Shown here in pieces: positions 10,407 to 21,900 of a stretch of 64,000 bases of DNA. The stretch covers positions 192,001 through 256,000 of the forward strand of contig CAWFGE010000007.1 of NCBI GenBank assembly GCA_963815195.1, written 5' to 3'. The position numbers and the translations under genes are program-made. Below the pieces are notes generated by a model, which searched no databases, was not told the DNA's origin, and saw only the letters and a program-made list of their open reading frames with translations. How positions within the stretch are numbered: the stretch's first letter is position 1; the number at the start of each line of letters is the position of its first letter. Origin of the DNA: an uncultured Planctomycetaceae bacterium. Lineage in GTDB: Bacteria > Planctomycetota > Planctomycetia > Planctomycetales > Planctomycetaceae.

Positions 10407-11101
10407 GGCAAGAGGTCGAGGAGTTCCGTCAGAGTGAAAATGGTGGGAATGGTCTCGTCTTTGTTGATGATATTCGATTGGAGCCGATCGAGATACGCCG
10501 CGCGGATTCCCGCTTCGCCCGCCCCCCGAATGTCGTTGATCCAATCGTCGCCTACCATGAGGATGTCACGCTTCTCGAATCGCGACAAATCGAGCAAGGC
10601 GTCGTAAAAAGCCGGCGATGGTTTTGACGAACCGACTTCCGAGGAAATCACGCGCGTGGAGATATTTTTGAGCTCCGGATGGCCGTCGCAGACGGCGTGC
10701 AATCGCCGATCGAAATTGGACGCGATCGCCGTGTCGTATCCCCTCGCCGCAAGTTCACTCAACGTCTCGGCGACATCCGGGAAACACCGCCACGAATCCG
10801 CCTTCCCGAAGTGGGCGAACAATTCCTCGAAGCAGGCCTCGAAGTTTTCAACATCATGAAACACCGAGCGCACGATAAACGACCATCGACGTCGCTCGTT
10901 ATTTTCGTCGGTCGTGCCGGCTGACCATTCTTCCGTCGTTGCCAAACGAAATACGTCGCGGAACCGCGTGCGAATCTCCTCTTCGGAAAGTTCCGAGCCG
11001 AATTTTCTCCCCACGCGCGCATACACCTCGGCCACGGGCGGCTCGGGATAAACCAGCGTGCCCACGGCATCAAACGCGACGCATTGAATGTGAAACAGCA
11101 T
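10403..11101 (-). CDS. HAD-IA family hydrolase
   Basis: FDAVGTL, ASNFD, KPSP and MVGDDWINDIRGA motifs. Confidence 0.92.
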   Translation of the reverse strand: MLFHIQCVAFDAVGTLVYPEPPVAEVYARVGRKFGSELSEEEIRTRFRDVFRLATTEEWSAGTTDENNERRRWSFIVRSVFHDVENFEACFEELFAHFGKADSWRCFPDVAETLSELAARGYDTAIASNFDRRLHAVCDGHPELKNISTRVISSEVGSSKPSPAFYDALLDLSRFEKRDILMVGDDWINDIRGAGEAGIRAAYLDRLQSNIINKDETIPTIFTLTELLDLLP

Positions 11102-11256
11102 AGCGGGCGGCGTTAGAAAATCGACCGAATCAGAACAGAAGGCACACCCATTGTCCGTTCATTAGCGACAAAACCTGTGCACAGATTCATTTTGCAGCAG
11201 GATTTTGTGCCCCATGATTCTGCGATTTCGATTGTCGATTGGGTGATTACCAACTT

Positions 11257-11390
11257 CAGTACTTCCAAAAAAGCTCGAGAAAATGTTTTCGCCGTCAAGA
11301 GCCGCGCACGAAGTAAGCGGTTTTGAGGGATTCAGAGAACGCAAGACCGCTTACTTCGTGCGCGGCTCAGGCCTTTTTTTGGCATTACTG
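11257..11390. mobile_element. MITE-like element family A, copy 1 (TIR CAGTACTTCCAAAAA, internal 22-bp REP-like palindrome)
   Basis: Ends CAGTACTTCCAAAAA and TTTTTGGCATTACTG; core GAGCCGCGCACGAAGTAAGCGG at 11299-11320 and its inverse at 11347-11368. Confidence 0.8.
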
Positions 11391-11439
11391 AAATTGTTGA
11401 ACTTACTTCGATCTTTCATAATTCAACCGCCGCCGCGCA

Positions 11440-12369
11440 TCAATCGCCAGCCGATTTGGGGTTCTTGACGGTCTCGGCTTCGATGAAGATCTGCTTGACC
11501 TCCGGGTGCCTTTCCTGGATCTGTTTTTCCATGCGGTCCACGGCGGCTTCGATGTCGTCGGACGACAGCGAATCTTTGAATTGAATGTCCAGATTCAAAA
11601 GCACCTGATCGGGCCCCATGTGCAACGTCAGGGTGCGTCCGATGCGTTCCACGCCAGGATCGCTTTGGGCGAGTTTGCGGATGTCGGCCACGGTTTCGGG
11701 GGCGGCACTTTCGCCGATCAACAGCCCCCGCGTCTCATAAATCAGAATCGCCGAGACCCCCGCGAGGAGCAAACCGATCAAAATCGAGGCCACCGCATCC
11801 AAGCGAGGCATCTGCAAAAGTTCGCCCAGATAGATTCCCAAAAACGCAAACAACAGCCCCAACAGCGCGGCGGAGTCCTCAAACAGCACGACAAAGGTCG
11901 TCGGATCCTTGCTGGCGCGGATTTCCTGCCAGAAGGATTCGTCCCCTTTGACCTGGAGAAACGTGCGAAGTGCAAACACCCAGGTGACGCCCTCGAACAC
12001 GGCCGAGATGCCGATGACGAGATAGTTGGTGAGCGGGCTGACGACTTCCGGAGGCGTCTTCAAGTGCAAAATGCCTTCGTAAGTGGAGATGCCTCCGCCG
12101 ACGCCGAAGATCATGATCCCGACGATCAAGCTCCAGAAATACACTTCCGATCCGTAGCCGAAGGGGTGCTTTTCATTGGGCGGACGCTTGCTGAGCCGCA
12201 TCCCCAGGAGCAAGAGCAGACCATCGCCCGTGTCCACAGTGGAATGAATTCCCTCCGAGAGCATCGCCGAACTCCCGGTGATCGCGGCGGCCACGAATTT
12301 GGTGACGGCGATGGCGAGATTTCCAATAATCGCCGCCACGACGGTCAAGGTCGACGAAGTCTGGGCCAC
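11440..12369 (-). CDS. Cation diffusion facilitator family transporter
   Basis: GSSAMLSEGIHSTVD, HPFGYG and FEDSAAL motifs; six TM helices plus C-terminal dimerization domain. Confidence 0.95.
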   Translation of the reverse strand: MAQTSSTLTVVAAIIGNLAIAVTKFVAAAITGSSAMLSEGIHSTVDTGDGLLLLLGMRLSKRPPNEKHPFGYGSEVYFWSLIVGIMIFGVGGGISTYEGILHLKTPPEVVSPLTNYLVIGISAVFEGVTWVFALRTFLQVKGDESFWQEIRASKDPTTFVVLFEDSAALLGLLFAFLGIYLGELLQMPRLDAVASILIGLLLAGVSAILIYETRGLLIGESAAPETVADIRKLAQSDPGVERIGRTLTLHMGPDQVLLNLDIQFKDSLSSDDIEAAVDRMEKQIQERHPEVKQIFIEAETVKNPKSAGD

Positions 12370-12813
12370 GGATTGATCCTTTCATTGTTTACTCCCATTA
12401 GGGCAACGTGGCTCGCGGTTTGATTTGGTTATAGAGAGTTGGAACTGGAATGCGAGAGCAATTCCGCCGGCTTGATGGTCGGCGGAACGCGATAAGTTTC
12501 TGGCCGAGAACGATTCCTTCTGGATTGAGGAACTTGTGGATCGGACGGCTTTCCCTCCGACTGGAGAAAACAGGGAAAAAGTGCGGTTCCCGGTGGGGGG
12601 AACGGTTGGGGAAGGAAGTCGGGGAACGTCTGATTTCTCTCGGATGGTCCGGTTCTGCCGCCGATTTTTTGTTTTCAAGGCCGGCCGAGCGTGTTATGTT
12701 AGAATTTGTGAAAATTTTTCCGTGGTATCCTTGCGATTCATTTCACATCATGTCAAAACATATCAGCCACGTCTTTCGAACATCAACAAACCTCCACTGT
12801 TGATTCGCGTTCT

Positions 12814-14568
12814 ATGAACAAACCCCAAGTGACCGACTCCTTCCTCGAGCTTTTGGAAAAGAGTCAACTGCTCTCCGCCGAGAAATTCGAGGCGGCCTGT
12901 GAAGAGTACGGTCTCCGGGAGTTGCCCTCCGCCAAGCACGCCGCCCAGCGGCTCGTGCGGGCCAGGCTGCTGACGGCCTATCAAGCCGAGCGTTTGCTCA
13001 TGGGGCGGTCGCGGGGGTTTTTGATCGACCGCTTCAAGGTGTTGGCGATTTTGGGATTCGGCGGGATGGGCCGGATCTACGTGGCCGAGGACACCACCAC
13101 CGGGAAACAAGTCGCCCTCAAGGTGTTGACCGAACGGCACGAAGTCGATGCGAGCATGCTCGAGCGGTTGAAGCTCGAAGCCCGCGCGGGGCTGCGGCTC
13201 GATCATCCGCATGTCGTCCGCACGCTCGAAATCGGCCACACTGGGGCGGTGACCTATGTGGTCATGGAATATGTCGAAGGCCTGACGTTGCACGAAGTGA
13301 TCGCCACGCGGGGGAAGATGCCCTGGCCGCAGGCGTGCAACGTCATCGCCCAAGCCGCCCTGGGCCTCCACCACGCGCACGAGGCGGGGCTGGTGCATCG
13401 CGACATCAAGCCGGCGAACTTGTTGGTGATGAACGACGGGCAGTCGAAGGTGCTGGACTTCGGGTTGGCCCTCCTCAAAGACGATGAGGAATCGGAATTT
13501 GCGCTGGCGATGATTTTCGGCCACGATTGCCTGGGCACGGCGGATTACATCTCACCGGAGCAGTCGCTGCACAGCCACGATGTGGATGCCCGCGCGGACG
13601 TTTACAGCCTGGGCTGCACGCTGTATTTCGTTTTGACGGGACAGGTGCCGTTCCCGCTCAATACGGTGGCGGAAAAACTGGTGGCCCAGCGGATGAAAGT
13701 CCCGCCGCCGATTTCGACCTATGCGCCGGACGTGCCCCAGGGCGTGATCGATCTGGTCGCGAAGATGATGGCCAAAAAGCCGGAGGACCGCTTCCAGACC
13801 GCCGGCGAGGTGGCGGAGGCGCTCAAGCCTTACGCAAAGCAATTGCCGATCCCCTTTGATTTCCAAACCATCCTCGTGGCGCGGGCCCGCGAAGCCTCCC
13901 GGCGGATGCGGGCGAACCTCAAAGCCAAGCAGGCGTCTTCGGGCAACTCTTCGACCACCGCCCAATCGCCCAGCCGGACGGCGTCGAGTTCGGTCACGTC
14001 CGGGGCCTCGGCGAGCATCTCCACCCAGCGCTTGCAGAACCAGATTGAAACCGAGATCGACGTGCATCGGCAACGGTCTCCCCAGCCGGCCGCCCGGCCC
14101 GAACCGCCCGAGACGCAAGTGGACAACCTCGGCCGCACCGCGACCATGCGGGCCGCCGAGTCTTCGCTGCCCGCCCCGGTTCCCGCCGTGCTCGTGCCTC
14201 TGGGCGGCGGGCCGCCGATTGTGCTCGATCGGCAGCGGATGCAGTTCGGCCGCTCGTCCGCGTGCGACATCCAATGGGACCACCAGGGCGTCTCCTCCAA
14301 GCACTGCGAGTTTTGCTTCGAGGGAAGCTGGTGGAAAGTCACCGACCTGGGCAGCAAAAACGGCGTGCAAATCAACGGGACGGACGTCACCAGCCGGATG
14401 CTGATGCCCGGCGACCGCTTGACCATCGCCCGCAAATACCACTTCCGCATCGAAGACCCGAACGCGGAACCCGCCCGCGTCGGTTCGCTCCGCTTTTGGT
14501 TGTGGATCCTCGCCCTGCTCGCGTTCACGACCCTGGGCGGCCTCTTGGCCTGGTGGCTCTCTTCCTAA
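12814..14568 (+). CDS. Hanks-type Ser/Thr protein kinase with C-terminal FHA domain and terminal TM helix
   Basis: GFGGMG, VALK, HRDIKPANLL and DFG motifs; FHA motifs FGRSS..VSSKHC..DLGSKNG; hydrophobic C-terminus. Confidence 0.95.
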   Translation: MNKPQVTDSFLELLEKSQLLSAEKFEAACEEYGLRELPSAKHAAQRLVRARLLTAYQAERLLMGRSRGFLIDRFKVLAILGFGGMGRIYVAEDTTTGKQVALKVLTERHEVDASMLERLKLEARAGLRLDHPHVVRTLEIGHTGAVTYVVMEYVEGLTLHEVIATRGKMPWPQACNVIAQAALGLHHAHEAGLVHRDIKPANLLVMNDGQSKVLDFGLALLKDDEESEFALAMIFGHDCLGTADYISPEQSLHSHDVDARADVYSLGCTLYFVLTGQVPFPLNTVAEKLVAQRMKVPPPISTYAPDVPQGVIDLVAKMMAKKPEDRFQTAGEVAEALKPYAKQLPIPFDFQTILVARAREASRRMRANLKAKQASSGNSSTTAQSPSRTASSSVTSGASASISTQRLQNQIETEIDVHRQRSPQPAARPEPPETQVDNLGRTATMRAAESSLPAPVPAVLVPLGGGPPIVLDRQRMQFGRSSACDIQWDHQGVSSKHCEFCFEGSWWKVTDLGSKNGVQINGTDVTSRMLMPGDRLTIARKYHFRIEDPNAEPARVGSLRFWLWILALLAFTTLGGLLAWWLSS

Positions 14569-14789
14569 TCCAAAACGCCGCGTCCGCATTGCCCGAACCA
14601 ACCGCAGCGTTGACAGGATCCGCCGCCCGCGGTTTGACCTGTTTTTCCCAGGCGCGGATTGCCGATGATTCTTGAAAACGGCAAGATATTTCGATAAGAT
14701 TTAGTCGTGGGAGATTGCGGATCATCCGGATTTGGCAATCTCCTCCCCGCCCCCCGCCCGAAAAACCCCTCCCACCTTCGGCTCCTGCC

Positions 14790-17129
14790 ATGCGACAGTT
14801 TTCGATTGCTTCATGTCTTGCGATTGCGCTTTATGCGGTTTGGGAATCGTCCCCTTCCGCCCATGCCGCTGACAAGCCGAGCCCCGGACAGCAAATTTAC
14901 GCCAAAACTTGCGCCGAATGCCACGGCAAAGAGGGCGCAGGCGGCGATGGCTACGAAAAACCGCTCGCGGGCGATCTTTCCGTGCCGCAGCTCGCCAAAT
15001 TGGTCAAAAAGACGATGCCGCAGGACGAGCCCGGCACGCTGTCCGCCGAGCAGTCGCAGCAGGTCGCCCAGTACGTTTACGATGCGTTTTACTCCGCGAT
15101 CGCCCGTTCGCGGAACCAGCCCGCGCGGATCGAATTGGCCCGGTTGACCGTCCGCCAATATCGGCTGGCGCTCGCCGACTTGATCGGCAGCTTCCGCCAA
15201 CCGCCGGTGTGGGATGAGAAGCGCGGCCTGGGTGGGGAATATTACGAAGGCCGCCGCCCGGGCGATCGCCGCAAGCGGAAAGAAACCCGCGTCGATCCGC
15301 AGGTGAATTTCGACTTCGGCAAAGAGGCCGCGGTGCCGGACATCAAAACGCCCTACGAGTTTTCCATCCGCTGGGATGGTTCGGTCTTGGCTCCGGAAAC
15401 CGGGGACTACCGGTTTGTCGTCCACACCGAGCACGCCGCCCGCTTGTGGCTGAACGACAAGGAGCAACCCGTGATCGATGCCTGGGTCAAGTCGGGCGAC
15501 GACACCGATTATGAAGCCGAGGTGTTCCTGGTCGCCGGGCGGGTTTATCCGCTGAAGCTCGAGTTCACCAAAGCCAAGCAGGGCGTGGACGATTCCGAAA
15601 AAACGCAAAGGGCCGCCGCCCTCGAAGCCGGCTTCGATCAAGCTGCTCTGGAAACGTCCCCGCGGCGCATTGGAGCCGATCCCCGCCCGCCACATGGCTC
15701 CGCACGAAGTCCGACGAGGTGTTCGTGTGCGATACGCCGTTCCCGCCGGACGACCGCAGCTACGGCTGGGAACGGGGCACGGCGATTTCCGAAGCCTGGG
15801 AACGAGCGACAACCGATGGGGCGATCCAGGCGGCGCGTTATGTGGCCGAGCATCTCGATCGATTGACCAGCACAAAGCCCGGCGACAAGAACCGCGACGA
15901 GCGGGTGAAAGCCTTCTGCCGGACCTTCGCCGACCGCGCCTTCCGCCGGCCGCTCACGGATAAAGAGTCCCAGTGGCTGATCGACAAACAATTCGCCGAA
16001 GCCGGTTCGACCGAAGCCGCGGTCAAGCGCGTGGTGCTGTTGACCCTCAAGACGCCGCAGTTTCTGTATCGGGAAATCGGCGGCCCGGACCAGTTCGACG
16101 TGGCTTCGCGGTTGTCGTTCGGGCTCTGGGATTCCCTCCCCGATGAAACTCTCATGAACGCCGCGAAAGCCGGGGAGTTGGCGAATGAAGACCAAGTCGC
16201 CCGCCAGGCCGAGCGGATGCTCGCCGACCCGCGGGCCAAGATCAAGATTCGCGAATTTCTGCTGAATTGGCTGCGGGCGAACTCGGAAATGGATCTCAGC
16301 AAAGATGCCGAGAAGTTCCCCGGTTTCGATGAGCACCTCGTCGCGGATTTGCGCACGTCGCTGGAATGGTTCCTGGACGAAGTCGTGTGGTCCGAAGAAT
16401 CCGATTACCGCAAGCTGCTTCTGTCCGATGAAGTTTATGTCAATCCCCGGCTCGAGGAATTCTTCAAAGTCAGCGTGGACGGGAAATCGGTGTTCGCGCC
16501 GGTCAAGCTCGACGACGGCCAGCGGGCGGGGATTTTGACGCACCCCTACCTGATGGCTCAGTTCGCCCACGAAAGCGAGACCTCGCCGATTCATCGCGGG
16601 GTGTTTGTGCTCCGGGGGTTGATGGGCCACACGCTGCGTCCGCCGCCCGAGGCCGTCACTCCGCTGCCCGCGAAACTGCATCCCGATTTGACGACGCGGG
16701 AGCGGGTCGCTCTTCAGACCAATTCCAAAACTTGCATGACCTGCCACGCGATGATCAACCCGCTGGGCTTTTCGATGGAGAAGTTCGACGCCGTCGGCCG
16801 CTACCGCGAGAAGGACCGCGAGAAACCCATCGACGACACCGGCAGCTATCAGACCCGCGCCGGCAGCGAAAAAACCTTCCACGGCCCCCGCGAGCTCGCG
16901 GAGTTCATCGCCAACAGCGAAGAAGCCCACGCCGCGTTCGCGGAGCAGTTTTTCCATCACCTCGTGCAGCAATCCATCGGAGCCTACGGCCCCAATGTCG
17001 CAGAAAGAACTCACCAAACAATTTGCCGCCGACAAGTTCCACATCCGCAAACTCGCGGTTAACATCATGGCGAAGTCGGCGTTGATCGGCAGAGAAACCC
17101 AATTGGCGGATATTCTTTCTAATCCATAA
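14790..17129 (+). CDS. DUF1592/DUF1588-family protein with cytochrome c and PA14 domains; several frameshifts
   Basis: CAECH, RLTVRQYR, FSIRWDG (PA14), ASRLSFGLWDSLPD, TSPIHRG and CMTCH. Pieces are ORFs 14715..15866 and 15719..17062 plus a tail ending in TAA at 17129. Confidence 0.88.
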
Positions 17130-17172
17130 GTTTAAGGATCTCGGCAACGCGTCAGCCGTAAAGACGCCGTTC

Positions 17173-17430
17173 ATGACAATTCGAGTTGAAATTCGAGAAG
17201 GTGAAAATCTCAAGGAAGCCGTTAACAAATTACATCAACGCGTTAACATGATGTTTGGACGCGCTTGGTACAAATCGCGGATCGGATATTACGAAAAACC
17301 GAGTGAGCGTCGAAGAAGGAAACGAAATCTGCGCAAACGAAACTTGAAACTGATTGAACAGCACGGCCCTCCTGTCCGGATGCGTCATGGCCTCAAAACC
17401 ATTCACCAGAGGGAGAAGGGGTTTCCGTAA
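17173..17430 (+). CDS. Divergent ribosomal protein bS21-like paralog
   Basis: IRVEIREGENLKEAV...YYEKPSERRRRKR matches the bS21 signature; central helix divergent; C-terminal extension; AT-richer than neighbours. Confidence 0.75.
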   Translation: MTIRVEIREGENLKEAVNKLHQRVNMMFGRAWYKSRIGYYEKPSERRRRKRNLRKRNLKLIEQHGPPVRMRHGLKTIHQREKGFP

Positions 17431-17458
17431 GGCAAACTCATCACGAGGCGATGTTCGC

Positions 17459-17493
17459 TAAACCTTAAACCTTAAACTGGAAACTTGAAACAC
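17459..17493 (+). repeat. 7-mer tandem array (TAAACCT-like x5)
   Basis: TAAACCT TAAACCT TAAACTG GAAACTT GAAACAC. Confidence 0.75.
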
Positions 17494-17509
17494 CTAGCGG
17501 AGAACTCCT

Positions 17510-18821
17510 ATGACATCCCCGAAAAGCCGGCGTGATTTTCTGCGTGACCTGGGCCTGTCCGCGGCGGCGACGCCGTTTATTTTGAACCTGCCCAGCCTGG
17601 GTTTCGCCAACCAGGGGCAGCCCAAGAAACGGCTCGTGGTGATGTTCAGCCCCAACGGCGTTGTGCCCGAATACGTTTTGGCCGGATGAGGAAGGCCCGG
17701 AGTTCACCTTGAAGGAAAGCCTCAAGCCGCTCGAACCGTTTAAGGACAAAACCCTGACTCTGCACGGCGTCTGCGATCGGGTTCGCGGCGACGGCGACAG
17801 CCACATGCGCGGCATCGGCTGTTTGCTCACCGGGATCGAACTGTTCCCCGGCAACATCCAAGGCGGCTCGGACACGCCCGCCGGCTGGGCCAGCGGCATT
17901 TCCATCGATCAGGAAATCAAAAACCACCTTCAAAAAGACCCCGCGACCAAAACGCGGTTCGGCTCGCTGGAGTTCGGCGTGATGGTTCCCGACCGGGCCG
18001 ATACCTGGACCCGCATGGTCTATGCCGACGCCAACCGCCCCATCGCCCCCATCGACGATCCCTATCAGATGTTCTCCAAGCTCTACGGCCAGATGAAAGA
18101 CCGCGAAACGCTGGTGAGCATCCTCGACGACCTCAAGGACGACCTCAACAAGGTCAAGGGCAGCATCAGCAGCGAAGACCGCCAGCTCCTGGAAGAGCAC
18201 GCGACCTTCGTGCGGGAGATGGAAGAGGAAATGCAGGCGGCCAAAGGCCCGGTGCACGCCGTGCCCAAGCTCGAACCGGGCGTGAAGGAAGACAACGACA
18301 ACATTCCCACGATCAGCAAAATGCAGATCGAATTGATGGTCAACAGCTTCGTCAACGATTTCAGCCGCGTCGCCACGCTGCAATACACGAACTCCGTGGG
18401 CGGGGCCAGAATGCGCTGGCTGGGCATCGATGAGGGCCATCACAGCCTGTCCCACTCGCCGGACTCCAAAACCGAGGACATGGAAAAGCTCACCAAGATC
18501 AACAAGTGGTTCTGCGAGCAACTCGCCCATCTCGCCAAGCGCCTCGCCGAGACCCCGGAGCCCGGCGGCCAAGGCAGCCTGCTCGATAACACGCTCATCC
18601 TCTGGACCAACGAGCTCGGCAAGGGCAGCTCGCATACGCTGAACGATATTCCCTTCGTGCTCGTCGGAAACGGTTTGGGCTTCAAGATGGGCCAATCCAA
18701 AAAGCTCGGCCGCGTCCCGCACAACCGCCTGTTGATGGCCCTCGCCCACGGCTTCGGCCATCCCGTCAAAACCTTCGGCAACCCCGCCTTCTGCGGCGAC
18801 GGCCCGCTCGATTTGAGCTAA
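17510..18821 (+). CDS. DUF1552-family protein with Tat signal, frameshifted near 17665
   Basis: [27 protein letters not shown], then SIDQEIK, HHSLSH and [15 protein letters not shown]. Confidence 0.9.
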
Positions 18822-18849
18822 GGTTCATTCGGCGCATCGGTGTCACATG

Positions 18850-18906
18850 AACCGGGGCTAGCGCCCTGCGGCTAATGAATCGGATGCTAGCGCGTTCCGG
18901 CTAATC
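18850..18906. repeat. Two REP-like units in tandem between convergent genes
   Basis: AACCGGGGCTAGCGCCCTGCGGCTAATG and AATCGGATGCTAGCGCGTTCCGGCTAATC. Confidence 0.6.
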
Positions 18907-18931
18907 GTTCAAAACCCATCCGGGGCCGCGA

Positions 18932-21900
18932 TCAGAACAGGGCCCTGGCCTCGTCTTTTTCGGCGGGGGGCGGGGTTTTCTTCTTGCGGCCGCGCTTGGA
19001 TTCGTCGAGGCGATGCATGACCAACACGCCGGAAGACAGATGCGCCTCGGCGAGTTCCACCAGGTGCTGGTGATGCGTGAAGAAGATCACCTGTGTCCGC
19101 CGGGATAAGTCGGCGAGCACGTCGAGGGCCGCGACCGCCCGCTGGTCGTCGAAGTTGATCAGCACATCGTCGACAATGAAGGGCATCGGCGGGTGATGAT
19201 CGAGCCAGTCTTCCAGGCTGGCGATCCGGAGGGCGAGATACAACTGGTCCGCGGTGCCGTCGCTCATGCCTTTGACTTCGATGGACTCGTCGATGTCGCC
19301 GTGCCTCCGCACGCCGACGAGCCGGGGCCGGCCCTGGTCGTCGGCGTCGTTTTGCAGGCGAAGAAACGAGCTGCAGGTCAGCTTTCGGAACAATTTGCTG
19401 GCCCGCCCCAGCACCGGGCCCTGGTGTTTCTTGCGGTATCGCTCCGCCCCTTCCCGCAGCACGTCCGAGGCCAATCGCAGTTGGATGTAGCGTTCCAGGT
19501 GCTGGCTGATGTCCGCGAGGATCGCTTGTTTTTCCTCGGCGGCTTCCGCCGCCTGGCTGCCGCCGCTCTTGGCTTCGAGTTGATTTCGTTCCCGCTCGGC
19601 CGTCTCGATTTGCTGGGTCAGTTGCTGCTCGACCTCCGCGATGTGCCGATTCAAATCGGACAACTGCCCGCCGAGGTCGTCGGTCTCCTCGGCGTCGGCT
19701 TCCTGGAGAAACTCCTCGAACAAAGCGTCCCCCGCGAACCGCAGGATGTCCTCCCGCGTCTCGCTTTGAACCTGCTCGAGCTGAACGCGCCGCGCGGAAT
19801 TCTTTTCCGCCTGCGGGAGTTCTTCGACGAGCGCGCAGCCCGCCTGCCGGCACATTTGTTCGAGGGCCGTTTGATGACTTTGAATCTCCCGTGAGACGTC
19901 CTCCAAAGCGTGCTTCTGGGCTTCGTGGTCTTGTTGCAATGCGCGGAGTTTGTTGTCCGCTTCCTTGGCTTTCGCCCGTTCCGCGTGAAGCTGGCCGACC
20001 AGCTGCGTGGGCGAGAAATCGCCCGCGTCCCAGGCAAGCGATTGGACCACCGCCCGCACCCGCTCTTCAAATTGCGAATTGAAATCCTGCATATCACGAA
20101 CGCGGAGGGCTTCCTTGTCTCTGCTATTTCGCTGCTCAATCATCTGGTTGAGTGTTGTCAGATATGCGTTAGCCTGTGCGGACGTGGCATCATCCGGCAA
20201 GCCAAGTTTTGCCATCAGCGTGGCCCAACGCTCTTGCCATTTAGAGAACTCTTGTTTCGCATCTTTGGCGTCTTGCTCCAATGTCGGCAAATGGAGTTCG
20301 GTCTGGGCGATGTCTTCCTCCAAGCGATCCGACGAATTCTGCCGCTCGCTTAAGTCTTCCAACACCGCTTCCGCCTCCTCGACCAATTCGGCAAGCGGCC
20401 GCGTTTCTAGGCTCTTTCCATTCAGGCGAACGGACGTCAGACAAGAAATCAAGCGGTCGCGGTGTTCCTCGATCAGTTCGTCCAATCGCCCGGCTTGCGA
20501 ACGCTGCAGGTGCAAATCCTTGACTTTGAGCATCAAGTTCAGATGGCTTTGCAGCCATTCCCGCATCTCGGCGGGCGTTCCGGGTTCGATGCCCAGCGGC
20601 CGCCAGAGATTCTGCCACTCTTCGCCAATCCCTTTCCGCGTTTGTTCGCTTACCGCGATTTGTTTTTCGAGCCCCGGCTGCCGGGATTCGATCTTTGTTC
20701 GCTCGGCGAGCAGGCGTTGTTTTTCGCTGACGCGCCCGGCTTCCCGGCGGAGCTGATCGGACAACCCGTCCGCCTTTTCCACGGCGTGCGAAAACGCAGC
20801 CGCCAAATCAGCGGCGCCCCATGGCGCGACGAATTTCTCGACCTCCTTGGGGCAATCCTCGCCGTCCCGCCAATGGCGAACGATTAAATTCCAACCGGCG
20901 TCCCGCAGTTTGCGGGCGGCGGCGAGGTCCGCTTCCGTCGGCACCTCGCCTTCCTGTTCGAGCACCAGAAAGGTGTCTGCGATCTCGCGAAGCGCTTGGT
21001 GATCCCGCAACTGCTCCGATTCGAGTTCTTGAATCCGCTTGCCGGCCTCGCTGAAGCGGGAGTCGAACTGATTGACCGTCTCCCGCAGCGGCACGGTGAC
21101 TTGTTCGAGTTCCTCCAATGTCCGCGACCAGAACGGCAGCCGCCGGCAGTCGAGGGCCGCTTGCTTCTCGGCTTGCTCGAGCGCATGCTGTTTTTCCGTG
21201 CGCTCGGCTTCGAGTTGGCCGCGTTCCATCGCCCGTTTGAGAGCGGACTTGAGGGCCGAGAGATCGGGAACCGCCGGTTGCGTTTCGCGACGTTGCTTGA
21301 GCTCTTTCAGCTGCCGCTTGGTTTCCCCCAAATCACGTTCCGCGGACTGCAGTTTCTGCTCCAGCGCTTTTTGGTCTGGCCCCAATTCACCAACCAGCGT
21401 TCGGTCGGCGACTGAGATACGCAAATCCTCCGCATCCTTCAAAGAGGCACCGGGCCTGAGTTCCTTGAGCAATCGCCGGGCTTCGTTTTCGGCTGCCTGA
21501 CGGTTGGCTTCAATATCGGGACAGTCCTGCATGGATTGCCGATACTTTTCGATCTGCTGGTTGAGCGATTCAATCTCCGCCGCCTGTTCGAGGAGTGCTC
21601 GGTTGAACGTGATCGCCTCCAATTCGCCCGCGATGTGCTTCAAGTCGGCTTGAATCGTTTGATGAGATTGTTGCGATTTCAGAAGGTCATCGCGGACTTG
21701 CAGCCGGCGTTCGGAAAAGCCCGGCTCCAGGATCACCGCGTCTTTTAGCGTTTCTAAGTCCTTTTGGATCTCGCGGTATTTTTTGATGGGGTGCTTGGCG
21801 TTTTGGATCCGTTCGAGCCGGCTTCGTTCCCGCTCCCATTGTTTTTTTTGATCGATGAGCCCTTGCTTGCGCCGCTCGGCTTCTTCGAGCGCCTCGGCAT

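Noticed and set aside
11283..11468. Small similar ORFs 'SRAAHEVSGF...RKTAYFVRGSG' here and at 32775 and 43142
   Set aside because: They are translations of the MITE/REP repeat, not a protein family.
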